DNA of 64,000 nt, from NCBI RefSeq assembly GCF_039541115.1, contig NZ_BAABFP010000002.1, forward strand, positions 558,001 to 622,000, written 5' to 3'. A program made the translations under genes and the position numbers. The notes below the pieces were generated by a model, which saw only the letters and a program-made list of their open reading frames with translations, did not search any database and was not told the origin of the DNA. Origin of the DNA: Angustibacter luteus (GTDB lineage: Bacteria > Actinomycetota > Actinomycetes > Actinomycetales > Angustibacteraceae). Shown here piece by piece: positions 9,774-18,393 of the stretch. Position 1 is the first letter of the stretch; the number at the start of each line of letters is the position of its first letter.

Positions 9774-10160
9774 ATGCCTTGCGTGGAGCTCGTGGAGACC
9801 GTCAGGGGGGAAACCCGTGAGGTCTCGCGCGTCCGCCACGCCCTCGCGGCGGCCCTGTCGGACTGGGGCGTGGGGGACGACGACTCCGACGTCGCGGTGC
9901 TGCTGACCAGCGAGATCGTCACCAACGCCATCCGGTACGGCGGTCCGCCGATGGAGCTGCACGCCGAGCTGCACGGCGTCGACCTGCGGGTGTCGATGGA
10001 CGACGGCGGCCACGACCCCGTGGTCCCCACCGAGAACGTGCGCTGGGACGCGCGCGGCGGCCGCGGCCTGCACCTCGTCGAGGCGCTGTCGAACCGTTGG
10101 GGAGTGCTGAACGGCGGGCGCGGGAAGCAGGTCTGGTTCGAGCTGAAGCTGGCCGGATAG
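9774..10160 (+). CDS. Anti-sigma-factor-like (RsbW-type HATPase) ATP-binding protein
   Basis: LLTSEIVTNAIRY, VSMDDGG, GGRGLHLV, WGV..GKQVWFEL; start may be GTG 9783. Confidence 0.9.
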   Translation: MPCVELVETVRGETREVSRVRHALAAALSDWGVGDDDSDVAVLLTSEIVTNAIRYGGPPMELHAELHGVDLRVSMDDGGHDPVVPTENVRWDARGGRGLHLVEALSNRWGVLNGGRGKQVWFELKLAG

Positions 10161-10209
10161 CCCGCGGCGCCGAGGTGCAGGGCCTGCGCCCGGCTGACAT
10201 GGTCGAGGC

Positions 10210-11070
10210 GTGACCTCGAGGCGACCGCCACCGCCCGACGTCGGGCTGTTCGGGCCCGGCTCGGTCACCTGGCGCCTGCACGCGGACCCGATGCTGGGGA
10301 TCGCCGGGTTGCGGGCGCTGATGCTGCAGGCCCTGCACCCCCGGGCGGCCGAGGCGGTCAGCCAGCGCTCGTCGTTCCGCGAGGACGTCTGGGGCCGGCT
10401 GACCCGGACGACGGAGTTCATCGGGGTCACCACGTACGGCACGACCGCGCAGGCGCTGTCGGCGGGCGCCCACGTCCGCGCGGTGCACGCCGCGATGGGC
10501 GCCGTCGACCCGGGCACGGGGCGGGGTTACCGGGTGGACGAGCCGGACCTGCTGGCGTGGGTGCACGACTGCCTGGTGGACTCGGTGGTCGAGGTGCTGC
10601 GCCGCTCCGGGGTGGCGCTGGACGACGACGCCGCCGACCAGTACGTCGCCGAGCAGGTCCGGGCGGCGGCGCTCGTCGGGCTCGAGCCGCACGAGGTGCC
10701 GCGCGACCTGGCCGGTCTCGCGCAGGCGGTGCGCGACGTCCGCCCGCAGCTGCGGGTCACGGCGGTGGCCCGCGAGGAGGTCGGCTACGTGATCGCGCCG
10801 CCCATACCGGCCCGGTACGCCGCCGTGGCGCGACCCGCCTGGTCGGCGGTGGCCGGGTTGGCCTTCGCCTCCCTGCCGTCCTGGGCCCGCCGCATGTACT
10901 CCCTGCCCGACCTGCCCGGTGCCGCCGCCCTGCACGGCGCGGCCACCACGGTCGGCCTGCACGCGCTGCGGGCGAGCCTGCGCGGCGTCCAGGGTCTGGT
11001 GCCGCCGCTGCGCGCGGGGCCGCACCTGCGGACCGCGCGCGAGCGGCTCGCCCAGGACCCCGACGCCTGA
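10210..11070 (+). CDS. MpaB/DUF2236 oxygenase family protein
   Basis: GLFGPGSVTWRLH, GLRALMLQALHP, VRAVH, PDLLAWVH. Confidence 0.9.
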   Translation: MTSRRPPPPDVGLFGPGSVTWRLHADPMLGIAGLRALMLQALHPRAAEAVSQRSSFREDVWGRLTRTTEFIGVTTYGTTAQALSAGAHVRAVHAAMGAVDPGTGRGYRVDEPDLLAWVHDCLVDSVVEVLRRSGVALDDDAADQYVAEQVRAAALVGLEPHEVPRDLAGLAQAVRDVRPQLRVTAVAREEVGYVIAPPIPARYAAVARPAWSAVAGLAFASLPSWARRMYSLPDLPGAAALHGAATTVGLHALRASLRGVQGLVPPLRAGPHLRTARERLAQDPDA

Positions 11071-11073
11071 CCC

Positions 11074-11712
11074 TCAGCCCTGCTCGACGAAGGCCCGCAC
11101 GGCGTCGGCGATGAGCTGGACGGCGATGGCGGACAGCAGCAGGCCGGCGATGCGCGTCACCAGGGTGGTCCCGCCGTCCCCGAGGATGCGGTGGATCCGG
11201 CCGGCGAACCGCATCGCGGCCCACAGGCAGACGTGTACGAGCAGGACGCCCAGCCCGATCGCGACGTACGACGCGATGTGGTGGGCGGACTTGTTGGCGC
11301 CCTGGACGAACACCATGGTCGCCACGATGGCCCCGGGGCCGGCCAGCAGCGGCGTGCCCAGCGGGACCAGCGCGACGTTGACCCCCTCCGCGGAGGCCGG
11401 CGCCTCGTCCTTGCCGGTCAGCAGCTCGAGGGCCACGAGCAGCAGCAGCAGCCCACCGGCGCACTGCAGCGCGGGCAGGCTGATGTGCAGGTAGTCGAGC
11501 AACGCGCGGCCGAACACCGCGAAGGCGATGATCACCGCGAACGCCACCGCGACCGCCTGCCGGGCCGCCCGGACCCGCTGCCGCCCGGTCATCGACGCGG
11601 TGAGGGCCAGGAAGATCGGCACCGTGCCGGGCGGGTCCATGATCACGAACAGCGTGACGAACACCGAGCCGAGCAGCTGGGCGTCCACCACCGTCTCCAT
11701 CCACGAGCCCAT
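11074..11712 (-). CDS. MarC family membrane protein
   Basis: FVTLFVIMDPPG, VPLGTPLLAGPGAI, TRIAGLLLSAIAVQ. Confidence 0.93.
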   Translation of the reverse strand: MGSWMETVVDAQLLGSVFVTLFVIMDPPGTVPIFLALTASMTGRQRVRAARQAVAVAFAVIIAFAVFGRALLDYLHISLPALQCAGGLLLLLVALELLTGKDEAPASAEGVNVALVPLGTPLLAGPGAIVATMVFVQGANKSAHHIASYVAIGLGVLLVHVCLWAAMRFAGRIHRILGDGGTTLVTRIAGLLLSAIAVQLIADAVRAFVEQG

Positions 11713-12554
11713 CAGCCGACCACCGCCGTGCCGGTCGCGCGGGCCTCGATCTCGGCGAGCACGTGCGGCTCGGTGCTGTTCTCGCCGAGCCGGTTCGGCT
11801 TCCCGGTGCCGTGGTAGTCGCTGGACCCGGTCACCAGCAGGCCGAGCTCGCGGCAGAGCCCGAGCAGGTGCTCGCGCGCGGCCTCGTCGTTGTCGCGGTG
11901 GTAGACCTCCAGCCCGACCAGGCCGGCGCCGGCCAGCTCCGCGATGACGTCGTCCTCGACGACCCAGCCGCGCAGGTGCGCCATCGGGTGCGCCATCACC
12001 GGCACCCCACCGGCGGCCACCACGAGCCGGACCGCCTCGACGGCGTCCGGCGCGTAGTGCCGCACGTAGTAGCCGGCGCGGGCGGACAGCAGACCGTCGA
12101 ACGCCTCCGTGCGGTCGCGGACGACGCCGCGGGCGACGAGCGCGTCGGCGATGTGCGGCCGCCCCACGGACCCGCCGTCGGCGACCTGCGAGCGGACGTC
12201 GTCCCAGGTGATGTCGACGTCCCGGGAGAGCAGCTCGACCATGCGCTCGGCGCGGGTGAGCCGGCTGTTGCGGGTGCGCTCGACGACGTCCGAGAGCGCC
12301 GGGTCGGTGGGGTCGTGCAGGTAGCTGAGCAGGTGCACGCTGATGCCGTCGGCGGTGCTGGAGATCTCCATGCCGGGCACCAGCCTGATGCCCTCGCGCA
12401 CGGCCTGGTCACCCGCGCTCGTCCAGCCCGCGGTGGTGTCGTGGTCGGTCAGCGCGAGGACGTCGATCCCGGCCCGCGCCGCGCTGGTGACCACGTCCGC
12501 GGGTGACTGCGTGCCATCGGACACCGCCGAGTGGGTGTGGAGGTCGATGAGCAC
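11712..12554 (-). CDS. PHP-domain phosphoesterase (YciV/TrpH-like)
   Basis: DLHTHSAVSDG, LTDHDT, GRPHIA, AHP, GSSDYHG. Confidence 0.93.
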   Translation of the reverse strand: MLIDLHTHSAVSDGTQSPADVVTSAARAGIDVLALTDHDTTAGWTSAGDQAVREGIRLVPGMEISSTADGISVHLLSYLHDPTDPALSDVVERTRNSRLTRAERMVELLSRDVDITWDDVRSQVADGGSVGRPHIADALVARGVVRDRTEAFDGLLSARAGYYVRHYAPDAVEAVRLVVAAGGVPVMAHPMAHLRGWVVEDDVIAELAGAGLVGLEVYHRDNDEAAREHLLGLCRELGLLVTGSSDYHGTGKPNRLGENSTEPHVLAEIEARATGTAVVG

Positions 12555-12584
12555 CCACCCACCCTATTGCGAAAGCAGCACCCC

Positions 12585-13784
12585 TCAGAGCGGGCGCAGG
12601 GCGTCGCCGAGGCGCACCCGGGCGCCGGTGCGCATCACCGAGTTCGCGTAGATCCGGCCGGTGATGCCGACCAGCCCCACCGTCAGCAGCACGGACAGCG
12701 TGAGGCTCAGCGCGATCTCCCACGGCGCGGCGACGCCCATCGCGATCCGCACCGGCATCAGGGTCGGCGAGAAGAACGGGACGAGGGACATCCACTTCGC
12801 CAGCGTGTTGTACGGGTCGGCGGGCAGCACGCTGATCCCGATCACGTACGGCACGATGATCAGCATCAGGATCGGCGCGGTCACCCCGCCGACGTCCTCC
12901 TGCCGCGAGACCAGCGCACCGGCGGCGGCGAACAGCAGCGCGTACATCACGAAGCCGACCACGAACCAGACGACGGCCCACACCGCGGTGCCGACCGCCA
13001 CGGACGACGGCATGGTCAGCGCCCCCGTGGCCAGGCCGGCCCCGATGCCCGCGCCGACGACCAGCACCATCTGCACCAGTCCGGCCGCGCCGATGCCGGC
13101 CACCTTGCCCAGCATCAGCTGCCAGGGGCGGACGGTGGCCAGCAGCAGCTCGACGACGCGGCTGGTCTTCTCCTCCACCACTCCCTGGGCGACGGTCTGG
13201 CCGTAGATCATGAGGGCCAGGTAGACGAGGATCCCGGCGGCGAGCCCGAGCACGACCCGTTCCGCCTGGTACTGGGTGGCGGTCTCCAGCGGCTGCACCT
13301 TCACCTGGGCTCCGGCGATGGCCGCGTTCACCTGCTGCGGGTCGCCCCCCGCGGCCTTGACCGCGTCGTCCTGGGCGAGCTGGCGCGACAGCACCGCGAG
13401 GGTGGACTTCAGGGAGTCGTCCAGCTGCTTCTTCACCACCACCTGGACGGTGCCGCCGGTCTGCACCAGGACGGCGTCCACGTCGCCGTCGCGCACCTGC
13501 TGGTCGCCGGCCGCGACGTCCGGCACCTGGACGACCGTGACCTTCTGGCCGAGCGCGTCGCCGGTGCCGCGCAGCGCGTCGGCGACCGCCGCGGTCTGCG
13601 GCAGCACGCCGACCTTCACGGACGACGTGTGCCCGGCCACGATGTTCAGCACGATGGCGGTCGCCACCACCAGCACGACCATCAGCCCGGTGGTGATCGA
13701 GAAGACCTTGCCGCGCACCCGCTGGGTGAACTCGCGGCGGGTGATCAGCGTGATGGTCTGACGGGCCGAGGACTGCTCGCTCAC
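12585..13784 (-). CDS. ABC-2 type exporter permease (NatB-like)
   Basis: VVEEKTSRVVELLL, GKVAG, multiple TMs; GTG overlaps the ATPase stop. Confidence 0.9.
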   Translation of the reverse strand: MSEQSSARQTITLITRREFTQRVRGKVFSITTGLMVVLVVATAIVLNIVAGHTSSVKVGVLPQTAAVADALRGTGDALGQKVTVVQVPDVAAGDQQVRDGDVDAVLVQTGGTVQVVVKKQLDDSLKSTLAVLSRQLAQDDAVKAAGGDPQQVNAAIAGAQVKVQPLETATQYQAERVVLGLAAGILVYLALMIYGQTVAQGVVEEKTSRVVELLLATVRPWQLMLGKVAGIGAAGLVQMVLVVGAGIGAGLATGALTMPSSVAVGTAVWAVVWFVVGFVMYALLFAAAGALVSRQEDVGGVTAPILMLIIVPYVIGISVLPADPYNTLAKWMSLVPFFSPTLMPVRIAMGVAAPWEIALSLTLSVLLTVGLVGITGRIYANSVMRTGARVRLGDALRPL

Positions 13785-14692
13785 GCCGCCTCCTCCTGCT
13801 CGCTGACCGCGTGCCGGTACAGCTCGGTGAGCGAGGGGCTGCGCCGCCGGAACTCGCGCACCGGGCCCGTCGCCATCGCCGCCTGCAGCACGAGCTGGTC
13901 GTCGGCCCCGGAGTCGAGCTCCAGGACGGTGCAGCCGTCCTCGGTCCCCCGCTCGGTGACCCCGGGCAGGCCGGCGGCCCACCCCGGTGCGGCCTGCGGG
14001 ACGTCGACCACGAGCTGGCTGGGGCCGCCGGCCCGCAGCTCCTCGACCGAGCCACTGGCGACCAGCGCGCCCTGCCGGATGATGCCCACCCGGTCGCACA
14101 GCCGCTGCACCAGGTCGAGCTGGTGGCTGGAGAAGATGACCGGCACGCCGCGCGAGCAGGCGTCCCGCAGCACGTCGCTCATCACGTCGACCGCCAGCGG
14201 GTCGAGCCCGGAGAACGGCTCGTCCAGCACGAGCAGCTGGGGGTCGTGCACTAGGGCCGCGGCCAGCTGCACCCGCTGCTGGTTGCCCAGGCTGAGCTTC
14301 TGCACCTCGTCGTCGATCCGCTCGGCCACCCCGAGGCGCTCGGTCCACTCGGCGACCGCCCGGGTCGCCTGCGCCGGCGCGAGCCCGTGCAGCCGGGCCA
14401 GGTAGACCAGCTGCTCGCCGACCTTCATCCGAGGGTAGAGACCGCGTTCCTCTGGCATGTAGCCGATCCGCTGCCGGTCCTGGGCCGTGATGGGGTGGCC
14501 CTGCCAGCGCACCTGACCGCCGTCGCTGGCCAGCACCCCGAGCACGATGCGCATCGCGGTGCTCTTGCCGGCGCCGTTGCTGCCGACGAACCCGAACAGC
14601 TCGCCCGGCACCAGGCCGAGCGACAGGTGGTCCAGCGCCACCACGTCCCCGTAGCGCTTGCTGACGTCGTCCAACTCGAGCTCTGCAGCCAT
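13781..14692 (-). CDS. ABC exporter ATP-binding protein
   Basis: GSNGAGKS, LSLGNQQ, LDEPFSGLD, SSH. Confidence 0.95.
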   Translation of the reverse strand: MAAELELDDVSKRYGDVVALDHLSLGLVPGELFGFVGSNGAGKSTAMRIVLGVLASDGGQVRWQGHPITAQDRQRIGYMPEERGLYPRMKVGEQLVYLARLHGLAPAQATRAVAEWTERLGVAERIDDEVQKLSLGNQQRVQLAAALVHDPQLLVLDEPFSGLDPLAVDVMSDVLRDACSRGVPVIFSSHQLDLVQRLCDRVGIIRQGALVASGSVEELRAGGPSQLVVDVPQAAPGWAAGLPGVTERGTEDGCTVLELDSGADDQLVLQAAMATGPVREFRRRSPSLTELYRHAVSEQEEAA

Positions 14693-14718
14693 CGTTCGAC
14701 CCTAGCGAGAACCTGCGA

Positions 14719-15225
14719 CTACTTCTCGCGCAGCACCGGCCGGCCCGGCTGCTCGCCGCCGCGGGCGTCCAGGTAGCTCTGCTTGGGAACCATCACCTTG
14801 CGGCGGAAGATGCACACCAGCGTGCCGTCCTGCTTGTAGCCCTTGGTCTCGACGTGCACCACGCCGCGGTCGTCCTTGCTCTGGCTCTCGCGCTTGTCGA
14901 GCACGGTGGTCTCGCCGTAGATGGTGTCGCCGTGGAAGGTCGGCGCGACGTGCCGCAGCGACTCGATCTCGAGGTTGGCGATGGCCTTGCCGCTGACGTC
15001 CGGCACGGACATGCCGAGCAGGATCGAGTACACGTAGTTGCCCACCACGACGTTCCGGCCGAAGTCGGTGGTCTCCTCGGCGTAGTTCGCGTCCAGGTGC
15101 AGCGGGTGGTGGTTCATGGTGAGCAGGCAGAACAGGTGGTCGTCGTACTCGGTGACGGTCTTGCCCGGCCAGTGCTTGTAGACGGCACCGACCTCGAACT
15201 CCTCGTAGCTGCGACCGAACTGCAT
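14719..15225 (-). CDS. MaoC family dehydratase
   Basis: GRSYEEFEVG, KTVTEYDD, NHHPLHLD, PTFHGDT. Confidence 0.92.
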   Translation of the reverse strand: MQFGRSYEEFEVGAVYKHWPGKTVTEYDDHLFCLLTMNHHPLHLDANYAEETTDFGRNVVVGNYVYSILLGMSVPDVSGKAIANLEIESLRHVAPTFHGDTIYGETTVLDKRESQSKDDRGVVHVETKGYKQDGTLVCIFRRKVMVPKQSYLDARGGEQPGRPVLREK

Positions 15226-15323
15226 GCGGGGCTCCTTCGCGCGGGTGATCGCCGACCATGCTGCCCGACGGGCCACCCCACCGGAACGCCGTGGGGCCGT
15301 GCGCTTCGTCACGCCTGGCGAGG

Positions 15324-16691
15324 TCAGCCGAACATCTTGCCGGGGTTGAGGATGCCGAGCGGGTCCAGGGCGTCCTTGATGCGGCGGGTCACCTCGAGGA
15401 CCTCCGGGCCGAGCTGGGCGGCGAGGAACGGCGCCTTGACCGTGCCGACGCCGTGCTCGCCGGTCAACGTGCCGCCCAGCGAGAGGGCCAGCTCGACGAC
15501 GGCCGCGAACGCCGCCTCGGCCCGGACGACGGCGTCGGCGTCCTTCGGGTCGAAGGTGATCAGCGGGTGCAGGTTGCCGTCACCGGCGTGCCCGACGGTG
15601 GCGATCGTCGTCCGGTGCTGCTCGGCGATCCGCTCGACCCCGCCGACCAGCTCGGCGATCCGCGGGATCGGCACCCCGACGTCCTCGATCAGGGTCGTGC
15701 CGCGGTCGAAGAAGGCCGGGAAGGCCTCGCGCCGCGCCTGCATGAACATCTCGCCCTCGTCGGGGTCGTCGGTGACGGCGACGTACGTCGCGCCCTCGCC
15801 CTGGCAGATCGCCTCGATCGCCGCCATCTCGTCGACGCTGGCGGCCCCGGCGTCGCACTGCGCGAGCAGGGTCGCACCGGCGTCGACGTCCAAACCGCGC
15901 GGCTTGAAGGCCTCGACGGCGCGCACGGTGGTGCGGTCCATCAGCTCCAGACCGGCGGGCCGCCAGGCCGCGACGATCGCGCTGACCGCGCGTCCGGCCG
16001 ACTCGACGTCGGCGAACGTGGCGACCATCGTGCTGAACGGCGCGGGGGCCGGACGCAGCCGCACCGTGGCCCGGGTGATCACCCCGAGCGTGCCCTCCGA
16101 CCCCACGAACAACCGCTTGAGGTCGTAGCCGGCGACGTCCTTGATGGTGCGCCCGCCGAGGCGCAGCAGGGTGCCGTCGGCCAGCACCACGTCGCAGCCG
16201 AGCACGTAGTCGGTGGTGACGCCGTACTTCACGCAGCACAGGCCACCGGCGTTGGTGGCGAGGTTGCCGCCGATCGAGCAGAACTCGAAGGACGACGGGT
16301 CCGGCGGGTACCAGAGCCCGTGCTCGCGGGCGGCGCGCTTCAGGTCGCCGTTCAGGACGCCGGCGCCGACCACGGCGAGCATCGCGGGGCCGTCGATCTC
16401 GATGTCCCGCAACGCATCCAGGCTGAGCAGCAGGCAGCCCTCGGTGGCCGTCGCCCCACCGGACAGCCCACTGCCCGCCCCGCGCGGAACCACCGGGATC
16501 CGGTGCTCGCTGGCCAGCCGCAGCACCTGCTGGACGTCGTCCGTGCACGTCGCGCGGACCAGCGCCAGCGGCCAGCCGGGCCGCACGGTGTCGGCGCGGT
16601 CGCGCCGGTACGCGTCGACGACGTCCCGGTCCACCACGAGCGCGCCCGGCGGCAGCACCGCCGCGAGCTGGTCCAGGACGTCGTCGGCCAT
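15324..16691 (-). CDS. FAD-linked oxidase (GlcD / D-lactate dehydrogenase-like)
   Basis: PRGAGSGLSGG, SIGGNLATNAGG, GSEGTLG, HAGDGNLH, GEHGVG, NPGK. Confidence 0.93.
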   Translation of the reverse strand: MADDVLDQLAAVLPPGALVVDRDVVDAYRRDRADTVRPGWPLALVRATCTDDVQQVLRLASEHRIPVVPRGAGSGLSGGATATEGCLLLSLDALRDIEIDGPAMLAVVGAGVLNGDLKRAAREHGLWYPPDPSSFEFCSIGGNLATNAGGLCCVKYGVTTDYVLGCDVVLADGTLLRLGGRTIKDVAGYDLKRLFVGSEGTLGVITRATVRLRPAPAPFSTMVATFADVESAGRAVSAIVAAWRPAGLELMDRTTVRAVEAFKPRGLDVDAGATLLAQCDAGAASVDEMAAIEAICQGEGATYVAVTDDPDEGEMFMQARREAFPAFFDRGTTLIEDVGVPIPRIAELVGGVERIAEQHRTTIATVGHAGDGNLHPLITFDPKDADAVVRAEAAFAAVVELALSLGGTLTGEHGVGTVKAPFLAAQLGPEVLEVTRRIKDALDPLGILNPGKMFG

Positions 16692-16709
16692 CAGTCCAAC
16701 CTAGGCCGG

Positions 16710-18338
16710 TCAGGCCATGTGCGGGTAGCGGTGGTCCGTCGGCGGGTCGAAGGTCTCCTTGATCGAGCGCGTCGACGTCCAGCGCATCAGGTTCTGCATC
16801 GCGCCGGCCTTGTCGTTGGTGCCGGACGCCCGCGCCCCGCCGAACGGCTGCTGGCCGACGACCGCGCCGGTCGGCTTGTCGTTGACGTAGAAGTTGCCGG
16901 CGGCGTACCGCAACCGGGACCGGGCCGAGGCGATCGCGTGCCGGTCCTGGGCGATGATCGACCCGGTGAGCGCGTACGGCGACACCGACTCCATCTGGTC
17001 CAGCACCTTGTCGTACTGAGCGTCCGCGTACACGTGCACCGACAGGATCGGGCCGAAGTACTCGGTGGTGAAGATCTGGTCGGTCGGGTCGCTCGCCTCG
17101 AGCACCGTCGGGCGGACGAAGTAGCCCTCGCTGTCGTCGTAGGTGCCACCGGCCAGGACGGTGATGCCGGACGTCGCGTGCGCCCGGTCGATCGCTGCCT
17201 TGTGCTTCGCGAACGCCCGGTCGTCGATCACCGCGCCCATGAAGTTCGACAGGTCGGTGACCGGACCCATGGTGAGCGACTCGGTGAGCTCGACGAGGTC
17301 CTTCTTCAGCGTGCGCCACAGGCTGCGCGGCACGTAGGCGCGCGAGGCGGCGGAGCACTTCTGGCCCTGGAACTCGAACGCTCCGCGGACCATGGCGATC
17401 CGCAGCACGTCCACGTCCGCGCTGGGGTGGGCCAGGATGAAGTCCTTGCCGCCGGTCTCCCCCACGATCCGCGGGTAGCTGCGGTAGCCGGCGATGTTGG
17501 CGCCGACCTGCTGCCACAGGTGCTGGAACGTCGGCGTCGAGCCGGTGAAGTGGATGCCCGCGAGGTCCGGGTCCTTCAGCACGACCTCGGAGACCGCGAT
17601 GCCGTCGCCGGTCACCAGGTTGATCACTCCCGGCGGCAGGCCGGCCGCCTCGAGCAACCGCATCGTGTAGTGCGCGGCGAGCTGCTGGGTCGGCGAGGCC
17701 TTCCAGACGACCGTGTTGCCCATCAGGGCCGGCGCGGTCGGCAGGTTGGCGCCGATCGCGGTGAAGTTGAACGGCGTGATCGCGTAGACGAAGCCCTCGA
17801 GCGGGCGGTGGTCCAGCCGGTTCCAGATGCCCTTGCTGTTGGCCATCGGCTGCTCCTCGAGCAGCTGGCGACCGAACGCCACGTTGAACCGCCAGAAGTC
17901 GATGAGCTCGCAGGCGGCGTCGATCTCGGCCTGCACCACGGTCTTGGACTGGCCGAGCATGGTCGCCGCGTTCAGCGTCTGGCGCCACGGGCCGGACAGC
18001 AGCTCGGCGGCCTTGAGGAAGACCGCGGCGCGCTCGTCGTACGGCAGGTCGCGCCAGGCCGGGGCCGCCTTCTTGGCCGCCTCCACGGCGGCCCGGGCGT
18101 CGACCTGCGTCGCGTGCTTGAAGACGCCGAGGGTCTTGCGGTGCGCGTGCGGCTGGACGACGCGGGTCCGACGCCCACCGCCCATCCGCTGCTCGCCGCC
18201 GATCGTCATCGTCAGGTCGATCGACTCACCGCCCAGCTGGGCCAGCTTCGCCTCGACCTCGGCGCGCTCTGCGCTGCCCGGCGCGTAGTCCAGCACCGGC
18301 TCGTTGACGGGGGTGGGCACGGTCGTGCGCGCGTCCAT
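16710..18338 (-). CDS. pruA: L-glutamate gamma-semialdehyde (P5C) dehydrogenase
   Basis: AEIDAACELIDF, PFNFTAI, FTGST, GETGGK, FEFQGQKCSA, QQPFGGARASGTNDK. Confidence 0.95.
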   Translation of the reverse strand: MDARTTVPTPVNEPVLDYAPGSAERAEVEAKLAQLGGESIDLTMTIGGEQRMGGGRRTRVVQPHAHRKTLGVFKHATQVDARAAVEAAKKAAPAWRDLPYDERAAVFLKAAELLSGPWRQTLNAATMLGQSKTVVQAEIDAACELIDFWRFNVAFGRQLLEEQPMANSKGIWNRLDHRPLEGFVYAITPFNFTAIGANLPTAPALMGNTVVWKASPTQQLAAHYTMRLLEAAGLPPGVINLVTGDGIAVSEVVLKDPDLAGIHFTGSTPTFQHLWQQVGANIAGYRSYPRIVGETGGKDFILAHPSADVDVLRIAMVRGAFEFQGQKCSAASRAYVPRSLWRTLKKDLVELTESLTMGPVTDLSNFMGAVIDDRAFAKHKAAIDRAHATSGITVLAGGTYDDSEGYFVRPTVLEASDPTDQIFTTEYFGPILSVHVYADAQYDKVLDQMESVSPYALTGSIIAQDRHAIASARSRLRYAAGNFYVNDKPTGAVVGQQPFGGARASGTNDKAGAMQNLMRWTSTRSIKETFDPPTDHRYPHMA

Positions 18339-18393
18339 GATGGGTGCTCCTCGGCTGTCTCGTCGTTGAGGGATGGCCTCGCCGCCCAGCATG

